DNA of 64,000 nucleotides from Theionarchaea archaeon (GTDB lineage Archaea; Methanobacteriota_B; Thermococci; Methanofastidiosales; SZ-28-30): NCBI GenBank assembly GCA_018992685.1, contig JACVGT010000003.1, positions 32,001 to 96,000 of the forward strand, read 5' to 3'. Shown piece by piece: positions 1 to 9,192 of this stretch (position 1 is its first letter; each line of letters starts with the position of its first letter). The notes under the pieces were generated by a model. It saw only the letters and a program-made list of their open reading frames with translations, ran no database searches and was not told where the DNA came from. The position numbers and the translations under genes were made by a program.

Positions 1-46
1 AGACTGGAGTGATAAGTTTATATGGGTGGGTATCGAAAGGAGATAG

Positions 47-119
47 GCCTCGGTAGCTTAGCTGGTATAGCGGCCGCCTCGTAAGCGGCAGATCGAGGGT
101 TCAAATCCCCCCCGAGGCT
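47..119 (+). tRNA. tRNA-Thr (anticodon CGT), no encoded CCA
   Basis: Acceptor stem GCCTCGG(47-53)/CCGAGGC(112-118); anticodon arm GCCGC-CTCGTAA-GCGGC; T-loop TTCAAAT; TATA-like TTTATAT at 17-23; T-run at ~150. Confidence 0.93.
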
Positions 120-371
120 CTCAGACCCTGGCTCTTAAGCGCTTCTCTCTTTTTTTTTATGAATTCTAATGCCGTGGAGCTTTTGCAGAAAGCTTTCATC
201 GCTTACAGAAAGCTTTACAAGCTAAAAAATGTTATAAAGTATGATAACATCATATTTTGACCAGAAAAAGTCACTCATATACTGACAGGCGAAAGAGAAA
301 GTGTAAGAGGGAGTGCCCCATCTCATTAGAATCATTCGATAGCAACCAGGCACTGCAAGCAGATGGCTACC

Positions 372-1679
372 CTACTCTAACCTCTTGTACAGATAGTGGA
401 TCAGCGTTCCCTCTATGCCAGAGAACTGCTTGAGCATCAATAACAAACCGTTGAAAATCGCAGATTTACCTTCAAAGTATTCTTTAAGACCTAGCAGCCG
501 GCCAGTTACTTCCTCAAGTTTTTCTCTATCCTTGGATTCTATTCCTTCAATTTCAACTTCTTTGAATCCTTCCAACATCGTATGCAGGTACTTGGAAACA
601 TGGTTTTCCGCAAATTGGAATCTACCTGAAGGTTCAATATCTTCACAACTGTCCAACAGAAAAGACGTGATATTCACAAAGAAACTGACCTCACAAGGCT
701 CTAGATCCTTCCGTTCTGCCGGCCGACATTCTATTTCTATGATTTTCTTCACGATCCTCACTATTCTCTCATGATCCATCTCCCGTTCCCACCTCCCGTT
801 CTTTATGTGTCTCACATAGAAGGAAATTGGTCCTTCTCTTCCCCCGACCTTTCTAGTCCCACTCAAAGGGCGAGTAATGTGATCAGCAGCACGGTTTATC
901 AGACTAATATTATCAGATCTTGCGATTGCCGCCTCTCCCTTCTCAACTGAACGATCTAGAACAGAAAGAGCACTTATTTCATTATTGGGCTTATAAATGT
1001 TCTCTATGTCATATACTGTGCGGGTCACATTGCCAAATATCTTATCATTGAAGATAGCCATCTCGTAGAGATTCTCAATGCACGCCCTTAATTCTACCAG
1101 GTTCCTAGTAACAGCTACTTGATACAGCAAGGTGTGATACTCCTCATAGGTTTCCTTCCATTTGACTTCATCATCAGTTCTTATTCGTCTCTTGAAATCC
1201 TTAAGAGCAAATTCAATGCTAATCAATTTGCTAACTCCCTCCAATAGGATCATGATGGCAAGAATTGCCAAGGCTATTGTGAAGACATCTGCCCGGAAGT
1301 ACCGGGATCCAGAGATCGTTTCATCAGTGGTACTACTTTGGGAAATGAGGATAGAAGTACAAATGAGTATACATGCAATCATAATGGCGAGGAAAAGCCA
1401 GATTTCCGGGAGTTTCAGGATTCTTCTTGCTAATCCTAGGGGATACTTTGAGCTAGACAGACTGACAAGTGCCAGGCTTATTGCAGGAGATATGGCAAGA
1501 ATGCCGCCATAAACCTGAATTAGAGCACTATTCAGCCATCTAAGATTCGTTGAGAGATCATATGCCTTCAAACTGATGAAATTCCTGTAGCCTATGTTGA
1601 CGAGATAATAGAATACAATGATTGTGATAGAAACAAAGAGAAAAGCAGGAATATTCGATCTTCTCCTCGGGTTTGGCAT
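372..1679 (-). CDS. hypothetical membrane protein (N-terminal ~4 TM, DUF2254-like; helical C-terminus)
   Basis: 435-aa ORF with hydrophobic N-terminal helices, including the SLALVSLSSSKY segment. Confidence 0.6.
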   Translation of the reverse strand: MPNPRRRSNIPAFLFVSITIIVFYYLVNIGYRNFISLKAYDLSTNLRWLNSALIQVYGGILAISPAISLALVSLSSSKYPLGLARRILKLPEIWLFLAIMIACILICTSILISQSSTTDETISGSRYFRADVFTIALAILAIMILLEGVSKLISIEFALKDFKRRIRTDDEVKWKETYEEYHTLLYQVAVTRNLVELRACIENLYEMAIFNDKIFGNVTRTVYDIENIYKPNNEISALSVLDRSVEKGEAAIARSDNISLINRAADHITRPLSGTRKVGGREGPISFYVRHIKNGRWEREMDHERIVRIVKKIIEIECRPAERKDLEPCEVSFFVNITSFLLDSCEDIEPSGRFQFAENHVSKYLHTMLEGFKEVEIEGIESKDREKLEEVTGRLLGLKEYFEGKSAIFNGLLLMLKQFSGIEGTLIHYLYKRLE

Positions 1680-2199
1680 GGGCTCATAATAACGGGAAGA
1701 TTCTTAAGTCTTTTGCCTCTCTTGTGTCAAGCTAGCCTCGCCAAAACTAGCTTCTATTGTATCCATGATCACTTATCTTTCGGGAGTAGTGTAGAGAAAC
1801 CACCATAAAATACATAACATTCCGGGACATTCTTTCAATATAAGGTAGCATACACATTGTGTAGGTTATTAGCAAAGTAGCCAGAGTGGTTTGATGTCTG
1901 CTAGAATTAAGAATCAGAAAGCAAGAACTGCTGAGAGACCTGTCTGGCCGGAACTTGATGCGGTCCCGAAGAAACGGTTCCATGGAGCGGTAAATATCCG
2001 CGGCATCCGATATCAGATATTATATTCAATCCTTCGCGGATTAGATAATCGAATACGATATTTCTAGCTACCTGACTAGATATCAATTGATCTGAGGTGT
2101 GTCTCCAGAATATTCGGAAGATTTGTAGTACTCTAACCTGTGTGTGGGTAAATTCAATGGATATTTCGGTAACTTCCATGCACATTGTTCTTTTGCTAG

Positions 2200-3705
2200 T
2201 TAATCTGTTCTTTTCTTTTGAATGAAGAAATAAAAAATGATAAGAATTCCAATTAATGCTCCAATAAGAATCATAATTGAAAGTGGTATACCAGGTGTAG
2301 TCTCAGGTGATTTGGTCTCAGGTGGGGTTCCAATCTCAAGAATTCTTTCCTGAATTTCCTGAGACTTTGAAATGTCACCCTTTTTTTCATTTAATTCTAC
2401 AGCTTTCTTAAATGATGTGATGGCTTGATCTTCGTCTCCCCTAAGCAAAAAGGAATTGCCCTGTTCTACAAATGAATCTGGATCGGATGCCAAAGCGAGA
2501 ACCTCCCCTCCTACCTTACCAATAACAAGGATACCGTCACCTATAGCAGGGGGGGCTTTTATGTAGAATGGAGATGCCAGGTCAAGATTCCACAATGTGT
2601 TACCATCTTCCATATTGAAGGCTACTATACTCGATTTGGTGATAGATGTATCTCCATAATTTCCAATGCAATAGAGGATATCTCCTGCTCCTATGAGGTG
2701 AGTTTCGTAATACTGGAGAGATGCCTCCCACTTTGTTTTCCAGATGAGGTTTCCATTGAAGTCTACTTTATACAGATTATCTTCTTCATCAACAAAATAC
2801 ACTGCATCCAGTCCCAAGACGAGGTTAGATGTAATGTATCCTTCAGGAAAGAATACCCAACGCTGGGTTCCATCGCGATTAAATGCCCACAAATTTTTGC
2901 CTCCACAATAGATGGTATTGTCTTTAAGAGAAAGCCAACGAGCCCAATGAAGAGGGGATGTTTCCCACTTGAGGGTACCTGTTTGTGTATCCACTGCAAG
3001 GAGCCGCATACCATCCCTTCTCATGATAAGGAATGTCAAAGATTCATCACCTGTCAGGCCGAATGGTTCCAAATCGGGATCTGTAATGGTATCATTTAGA
3101 TTCCATAATACATGAAAATCAGACCTGGAAAGGCATGTAGCTGGAACACATGGGACTATTAATCTATCTTCCAGTACCAGAGGGTATATGTTAAATAGTG
3201 GGTAGGACCCTTTTTCTGGGATGGAAGCCAAAAAATGAGTTTTTCCTGTGTCGAGATCGATCTCATTGAGAGTATCAATGCCTATTCCAAAAATTCGACC
3301 TCCAGCGGGAAAAACTTGGAAGATAAGATGTGGATCTGCTTCGTATAGAATTTCCCCTGTCAATAGATCAAAAAGAAATACTTTTGTCCTACTTAGATGG
3401 TACATGCTGTCTTTCCAGAGAATTAGAACCTTATTATCTATAATAAAGGGCGATGTATCAAAATCTCCGGGAATATTTCTTTTCCATAATACAATAGGCA
3501 TATCAGGTCCACTATCTGGTGAATAAGCAGTTCGGTTTACATCTCCTAACCAGTCAATGCATTCAGAGTGTCCACTATCCGTGTTGTTCGGGATATAGAT
3601 ATCCGGAAAGATACAAAAAATGGCCATTACGGCTAAAAATTTCTTTCTGTTTTTTATTTTATTTCCTCCAGTAGAATGATCTCTTATATGCATCATAATT
3701 ACCAC
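2200..3705 (-). CDS. secreted PQQ-like beta-propeller protein with TPR-like helix pair and C-terminal membrane anchor
   Basis: Repeated AxDxxTGxxxW / AFNxxDGxxxW motifs; C-terminal TM helix followed by KKR. Confidence 0.8.
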   Translation of the reverse strand: MVIMMHIRDHSTGGNKIKNRKKFLAVMAIFCIFPDIYIPNNTDSGHSECIDWLGDVNRTAYSPDSGPDMPIVLWKRNIPGDFDTSPFIIDNKVLILWKDSMYHLSRTKVFLFDLLTGEILYEADPHLIFQVFPAGGRIFGIGIDTLNEIDLDTGKTHFLASIPEKGSYPLFNIYPLVLEDRLIVPCVPATCLSRSDFHVLWNLNDTITDPDLEPFGLTGDESLTFLIMRRDGMRLLAVDTQTGTLKWETSPLHWARWLSLKDNTIYCGGKNLWAFNRDGTQRWVFFPEGYITSNLVLGLDAVYFVDEEDNLYKVDFNGNLIWKTKWEASLQYYETHLIGAGDILYCIGNYGDTSITKSSIVAFNMEDGNTLWNLDLASPFYIKAPPAIGDGILVIGKVGGEVLALASDPDSFVEQGNSFLLRGDEDQAITSFKKAVELNEKKGDISKSQEIQERILEIGTPPETKSPETTPGIPLSIMILIGALIGILIIFYFFIQKKRTD

Positions 3706-3964
3706 CTTCCTCTCTCTGAACTATGGCTGGTCCCATTTCCACATTTCGAGAAGCGCTTCAAGCTTTCTTTCCCAATGGAAGAAAAGAGAACTGGTGGTTA
3801 ACATGCCTGAGATTCTACGTATGCATGATATTTATATGTTTTTCCTATTGTTGCTAGTGCATTTTTTACAAGTATTTCCGTACGAATGACTCCTTTGTTA
3901 TCTATCCTATTTTCTCTTTTCGGACGAAGAAATAGGAAATATTCAACCTGTTGAATGCAGTCCG

Positions 3965-4135
3965 TATCAGGACAGAGGGGTGACTGTCGTTCCAGCCCTG
4001 CAGCATTCCCCAGTCTCCTGAATACTGCAGTCACTCCTGCAGGTGAAAGTGGCTTGTGAGATCCTTCATTCATGTAAAACCATAGGGGAGCTGAAGGATT
4101 ATCAGTGTCCTCAGCTCTGATGTCCGGGAAGCCCT
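3965..4135 (-). pseudogene. tyrosine recombinase/integrase internal fragment
   Basis: DTDNPSAPLW...KPLSPAGVTAVFRRLGNAAGLER, then VTPL after a frameshift; resembles the region preceding the HxxR box. Confidence 0.55.
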
Positions 4136-4158
4136 TCGACAAGCCCCTGCTCTCCATC

Positions 4159-5316
4159 TCAATCCTCTTCAAGTCTGTGCAGCACCTTCTTGAATGCTGA
4201 TGATTCACGCAGATTATCAAAAGCCTTTTCAGTCTGTAACTTGCTGTAAAATTCTCTTTTGTCCTGGACGGTGTCAACCGCTGCAGATAATCGTTCGAGA
4301 GCCAGATCATATTCTCTCATGATTGCAAAAGCAGAGGCAGCATAAAAATTATAACCACTTGAAAGAGGCTCATTTTCTTTTTCACTTAATAGAATCGCTC
4401 TTTTGAACCAAAAAGCAGCTTTTTCAGGGTTGTGCAATTCAGTCATGCAATAATACCCAAAAAACAGGTCATTCTGTAACGATTCAAATAAAAACCCGAA
4501 GTAAAAATATTCATCACATAAATACTCAAATCCTACTTTTTGATTTGTCTTGATAGAAGGTACATTCCCGTGATAGCATTCCCAAATAGTGGTTAACCCT
4601 TTCTTGAGAGCTTCTTCAGCCATTGCACAGGCCACCAATGTAGCAAATCCTCTCCTCCTGTACTGTTCATGAGTCCCCACGGCGAGTTCACACCCGGTAG
4701 ATGTCACAAATTTCGTGATGCACCCTGAGACAATTTTGTGGGTTGCATCTTCTTCCACATAGTACGCGAACCCATCCTTCAGAAAGTGTTCAAAAGATTT
4801 CCATGATGCTAGCTTATCAAAGGCAGAGACACCTGGTGTGGTGAATACATCATCTGTCTGTACACGGTGTAGTGTGAACCCAGGAGGAACAGCCTCTCTC
4901 CACCGTGGTTGCAGTGTTCTAAAAGTAGCAGCATTCAATATGTAGTAAGAATCTCTATCTTTAAGAGTAGTTTCACCTTTGAAGATTTCTCGCAATGCTG
5001 ATTCCCACGCACTGCTGCAGTACGCCTGGAAAGCATCTAACCCTTGGGTAATACTTACAGGCTTAATCGTGTCGACAAAGTAGTCGTGTAGCTCTGAATT
5101 AAAAGTGGCGTTGTCACAGCGCCCCGCCAAATACAGCAATGCTTCATCACCTGGTGCACACCAGACTGCTGCAGTCTGTGGGCTCTCTATTCTGTCCACA
5201 AAGATCTTACCATCACATTTCTCTTCTATGACTGCTTCCATAGCTAGATGGTGGTCTCTCGATGGAAATAGATGCAGTATCTTCCTTTTGTCATTTTCGA
5301 GTTCGTGTAGTGACAT
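4159..5316 (-). CDS. GNAT N-acetyltransferase with C-terminal TPR-like domain
   Basis: GTHEQYRRRGFAT acetyl-CoA motif; WEC..GN.PS...NQKVGF; C-terminal YNFYAASAFA helices. Confidence 0.8.
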   Translation of the reverse strand: MSLHELENDKRKILHLFPSRDHHLAMEAVIEEKCDGKIFVDRIESPQTAAVWCAPGDEALLYLAGRCDNATFNSELHDYFVDTIKPVSITQGLDAFQAYCSSAWESALREIFKGETTLKDRDSYYILNAATFRTLQPRWREAVPPGFTLHRVQTDDVFTTPGVSAFDKLASWKSFEHFLKDGFAYYVEEDATHKIVSGCITKFVTSTGCELAVGTHEQYRRRGFATLVACAMAEEALKKGLTTIWECYHGNVPSIKTNQKVGFEYLCDEYFYFGFLFESLQNDLFFGYYCMTELHNPEKAAFWFKRAILLSEKENEPLSSGYNFYAASAFAIMREYDLALERLSAAVDTVQDKREFYSKLQTEKAFDNLRESSAFKKVLHRLEED

Positions 5317-5610
5317 GGCATCCTTCCTCCAGTGTTATTGGCTCCTTTTATAACCTTCTTTATTAAGAGTAAAGTGTCAGCAGACAATAGTGTGGTATTT
5401 TTCTCTTTTCTAAAGCCCTGGAGAATTCACTGGTTTTGTCTCTCATGAAAAGACATAGTAGGTACCTATATATAGATGCAGGGGAAGATACGTAGGGTAA
5501 AACAGGAATTTCTTGACAGATAACAAACATATTGAATTGAACCTTTCTTCTTCTTTTCTTTCTTTCCGCAATCCAGGTCTTAGGTCATCTGATTCAGAGA
5601 TAACAACCGA

Positions 5611-5979
5611 TTATTTTTCCACAAACCAATTCAAGGGTATTTTAGCATGCGTATGACCACGAGATGCGTGTTCCCCTATATTCCAACGAATTTCATCCCG
5701 ATCTCCCATGGTGCTAAAAACAAGCATCCAGTAATAAGAATCATCCTGGAACAGAAGGACATCCTCTTTGAAGATTACACTGACATGTGATACGTTTTGG
5801 GCGTAAACAATCCCATTTCTTACCCACAAACACTGTGCATCAGTAGCATATCCCTCATTCCCACTACCATGGACCACCCTTACCGGCTGCCCATTCATGA
5901 TAGCCTTAATTAATGTGGTAATGCTTCCTGCAGTTCTATTGCCATCCTTGTCGTGGCTGTATGCCAGGTTCCATCCCAT
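5611..5979 (-). CDS. hypothetical protein
   Basis: ~122-aa ORF preceded by GGAGGTGA RBS. Confidence 0.7.
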   Translation of the reverse strand: MGWNLAYSHDKDGNRTAGSITTLIKAIMNGQPVRVVHGSGNEGYATDAQCLWVRNGIVYAQNVSHVSVIFKEDVLLFQDDSYYWMLVFSTMGDRDEIRWNIGEHASRGHTHAKIPLNWFVEK

Positions 5980-6008
5980 ATTTGTCACCTCCTCTCTTTC
6001 CTAAGATT

Positions 6009-6149
6009 CTATAGTATTTCTATCTGCTGAGGACTTGGAATTCGGACATAATCCCAATTGATCGGATTATTTTTCATATTATGTCCTTTGAAAATCGAAT
6101 CATATACAATTATGCATGTATCCCTCCAAAGTGATTTAGTATCTCGCAT
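6009..6149 (-). CDS. small ORF, 46 aa (MRDTKSLWRDTCIIVYDSIFKGHNMKNNPINWDYVRIPSPQQIEIL)
   Basis: AAGGAGGTGAT directly before ATG; lies upstream of 5611-5979; absent from ORF track. Confidence 0.35.
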   Translation of the reverse strand: MRDTKSLWRDTCIIVYDSIFKGHNMKNNPINWDYVRIPSPQQIEIL

Positions 6150-6470
6150 ATCACCTCCTTTGTTCTTTATCTTTCTTCTTATTTAAATTTTGGGTTTGTT
6201 CTCTTTTGTACAAGCGTTAATTTTGCTTTCTCATTACATGATTTTTTGAAAGGATGCCTATGGTTTCATGACAGATGAATGTTCATAGTTTCTGTATCTC
6301 ACTTTCGGAGAAGCAAATCAAAATAGAATCAGTTCAAAATGAAGGCAGAAACTGAGAAAGCCAGTCTATGAGAAACAATTTTCCCCATTGTCAACCTGCA
6401 ACTCCGGTATCGTATGCTTCCTCAATTTCCACTCAACCTACAACGGTGGTCTTTGCCTGTATTTGATTCC

Positions 6471-7355
6471 TCATCTTTTGACGAGAAGCGCCTTTGTCAT
6501 TATTCCATGGCAATACGCCACAGCTCTCACAAGGTGAAGCGAAAAGGTCAACAGCAGAAAGCCCAAGATGGGATAGAGGATCGTTGATGTTGTGGTGTTG
6601 ATTGGCAGATTTCCCAGTGACAGTTCAATCCCCAGGGGTACAGCAACGGGATAGATTATCAGGCCTATTGCTGTAGCAAACAACAGCACAAACGCCGCGA
6701 AGTAAATAAGTCCCAGGGGGAGCATTAAGATCAGGTAGCATGCAGATGTGTAAAGCCTCCAATCCTCCAGAATTGCCTTCATCTTCTGCCAGGCCGTCCC
6801 GGTTGCGATGAACTTCCTCCTCTTGCGGGGCATCCTAATGCCAAGGCAGGTTTCGCTCATTCTTCCGTGGAACCAAGACAGTCCGAATATGCTCAACAAG
6901 AACAGTATCCCTAAAGGTATTCCTATGATAGTCAACGCGAGTCCCACACTCAGCAGCGCTCCAACAGCAATATACGCGAAGTATATGATGCCCAAAGGAA
7001 GAAGCAGCAGCACATAGGCCAGGTTCAGGTATGTGCCTGAATCTATGAAGACACCAAATATGCGGGAAAACATCCAGCGTTGTGCAACCACTTTTTTCTC
7101 TGTTTTTTCTGATTCCATTCTGTAATACTCTTCAGCAATCTCTGAAGGCAGTCCATATTCTTCTATAGCTGCTTTAAGAGCTTCCTGATCAGAACTGCAT
7201 GCCGCCGAACTTGCGTGCTCCTTTGTGCTCAATTCCAGGTGCTCTTCTGCATCATCAAGAGCGTCTGAAATCAGTGCAGGGTCCAACCCTTCAAGAGCTT
7301 TTTCTAGATCCTTCAGATACTGTTGGACAGATTTATATTTATTCACAGGGCTCAC
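6471..7355 (-). CDS. membrane sensor protein (HAAS-like N-terminus plus putative-sensor TM repeats)
   Basis: YLKDLEKAL..DAEEHL..EYGLPSEIAEEY; two repeats of YL(I)LxLPLGxIYF; follows padR. Confidence 0.8.
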   Translation of the reverse strand: MSPVNKYKSVQQYLKDLEKALEGLDPALISDALDDAEEHLELSTKEHASSAACSSDQEALKAAIEEYGLPSEIAEEYYRMESEKTEKKVVAQRWMFSRIFGVFIDSGTYLNLAYVLLLLPLGIIYFAYIAVGALLSVGLALTIIGIPLGILFLLSIFGLSWFHGRMSETCLGIRMPRKRRKFIATGTAWQKMKAILEDWRLYTSACYLILMLPLGLIYFAAFVLLFATAIGLIIYPVAVPLGIELSLGNLPINTTTSTILYPILGFLLLTFSLHLVRAVAYCHGIMTKALLVKR

Positions 7356-7803
7356 CTCCTACAAAAGAATCAACAAAATCCCTTATCCTGTACCAGGATT
7401 CCTCCCATATCTTGAGGGTTTCCTTGCCCTTCTCAGTTATCCGGTAATATTTGCGGGCAGGGCCAGATTCAGATTCACGAATCTCGCTTTTTAGCAAGCC
7501 ATCCCTTTCTAAAGCCCTCAGTACTGGATATATAGTCCCCTGTTTCAAAAATGCTGCCCCGTTTTTTATTTTCATCTCTCTTGAGATGCGGTATCCATAG
7601 AGGGGCTCCCTTGACTGTTCTGTGATAGCCAGGAGTACGAGCGAGATCATGCCGGAGATGACATTCTTTTCAAATTTCAGATCTCTGCACCTTTCGTCCT
7701 CCTGGGGTTCTTCTCCTGTATTCTTGTCTGTCTCTGCAATTTCTGTTTTCCTTTTCAAGTGCGTTCCATTAGGTATTGCAAGAGCTACAATATTGTGTAT
7801 CAT
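7339..7803 (-). CDS. PadR-family transcriptional regulator
   Basis: YGYRI...GTIYPVLRALERDGLL...GPARKYYRITEKG. Confidence 0.9.
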   Translation of the reverse strand: MIHNIVALAIPNGTHLKRKTEIAETDKNTGEEPQEDERCRDLKFEKNVISGMISLVLLAITEQSREPLYGYRISREMKIKNGAAFLKQGTIYPVLRALERDGLLKSEIRESESGPARKYYRITEKGKETLKIWEESWYRIRDFVDSFVGGEPCE

Positions 7804-7805
7804 AC

Positions 7806-7828
7806 ACTATTGTACAGTGTACAGTAGT
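7806..7828. promoter_or_regulatory. palindromic operator between TATA and padR start
   Basis: ACTATTGTACA-G-TGTACAGTAGT near-perfect inverted repeat next to minus-strand TTTATATA. Confidence 0.6.
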
Positions 7829-7960
7829 ATATAAAGGTTTCGGTGTGCACAGTAGATCGACATGCAAAACATTTCTGCACACCATTTTTTTAGGTAAGAT
7901 TTTTTTTGGTCTCTTAGCGTCTCTATTTGTGTAAATTAGAATGTATTGGAGGTGAAAATA

Positions 7961-8206
7961 ATGGATAAGAAAGAACTGATAGAATCATTCAAGGCAATAT
8001 CGAAAAAATGGCGAGTAGAGTTTCTTATACTCTACATCCTCTTTTGCGGTGCAACATTAGCGATTATGATGTGGAAAGGAAAATCGCTTATCCTCTTCCA
8101 TGATGCGTTCTTTGGTAGTGTAATTGCAACAGTTCTAATTACGGTAGAACAGATTTGCACATTTCATTTTAACATTCTTAAGCAGAAGCTACCCAAACGT
8201 TTTTAA
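7961..8206 (+). CDS. small 2-TM membrane protein
   Basis: GGAGGTGA RBS; 81 aa with two hydrophobic helices. Confidence 0.65.
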   Translation: MDKKELIESFKAISKKWRVEFLILYILFCGATLAIMMWKGKSLILFHDAFFGSVIATVLITVEQICTFHFNILKQKLPKRF

Positions 8207-8240
8207 TCAATTCTGTAAAATAGAAGAGAGGTGAAGATGT

Positions 8241-8336
8241 ATGAACTTTCTGAAAGGTTGGCCTTTTGAACCATTGGATGTAATTCAAGACAATGTCCCC
8301 ACATTGGGAGATTCAGGGGGAGGAAGTCCCGGTTAG
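8241..8336 (+). CDS. short peptide, 31 aa (MNFLKGWPFEPLDVIQDNVPTLGDSGGGSPG)
   Basis: GAGGTGA RBS upstream; clean ATG..TAG frame right after 7961-8206; not in ORF track. Confidence 0.55.
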   Translation: MNFLKGWPFEPLDVIQDNVPTLGDSGGGSPG

Positions 8337-8625
8337 AGTGGATTAGACCTCCAGTGATACACTGGTTTTGAACTCCAGAAGCGGTCAACCAATCCTGTAT
8401 CAATCCTTATTCTAGAATCCTTTTCTTCCAGGAAATATCACAAAGGGTTCAGGCTGAGATCCAGATCCTGACTCAGGGCTCTCACACGTCTCGGTCGAGA
8501 TTCATATCATACACGTATGAGCCCCATGATCCTGTGACCTTGCAGTATTGCCCTTGACTTATAAGGCCAGAAGAAAAGGGAAAAGCCTTAAATTGACCCA
8601 CTTCAAAGAGAGAGGAGGAGTTGTG

Positions 8626-9060
8626 ATGATCTTGAAGAAGACCAAGAAATCCTTTGCGGTCTGGCTCGTACTTACTGGCCTTCTAGCCACTGGATGCATC
8701 GGCCAGAAGTCTGAAACCCCGATAGAAGGAGAAGAGTCTCAGGAATGGTTTGCCAGAGCACAGCCGATGGCAGAAAATATTCTCATTGCCGTGGAGACTG
8801 GCGATTATCAGTCCTTCATTAGAGACTTCTCAGAGCAAATGGTCAAAGAAATGCCTGAGAAGAACTTCCTGGAAGTGAAGGAAAAACTGTATTCCCAGGT
8901 GGGATCCTATCAGTCTTTGAGTACGTTGAAGACCACAGAACAACGAGACTACGTTATCGTATATTTCACTGCCCACTATGAGAAAGATGATGTAACGGTA
9001 AAACTCGTGTATAGGAAGGGAGACTCAACCTACAAGATAGAGGGACTGTGGTTCGCCTGA
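8626..9060 (+). CDS. DUF3887-like lipoprotein
   Basis: Signal/lipobox LATGCIGQ; GDY..F.RDFS..M; C-terminal KIEGLWF. Confidence 0.75.
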   Translation: MILKKTKKSFAVWLVLTGLLATGCIGQKSETPIEGEESQEWFARAQPMAENILIAVETGDYQSFIRDFSEQMVKEMPEKNFLEVKEKLYSQVGSYQSLSTLKTTEQRDYVIVYFTAHYEKDDVTVKLVYRKGDSTYKIEGLWFA

Positions 9061-9192
9061 TGTCCGGAATACCTTTTCCTTCAGAAAGGACATGAACCCG
9101 CGAGTCCAACCAGGAATAACACAGAGACTGCTTCTTTTATAGCTGATCCCAGAACAGCAGGCAGAATCATATACTTGGATACTGATTCGACC

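Noticed and set aside
1747-2185. Two short overlapping minus-strand ORFs
   Set aside because: No RBS or motif; probably decayed sequence
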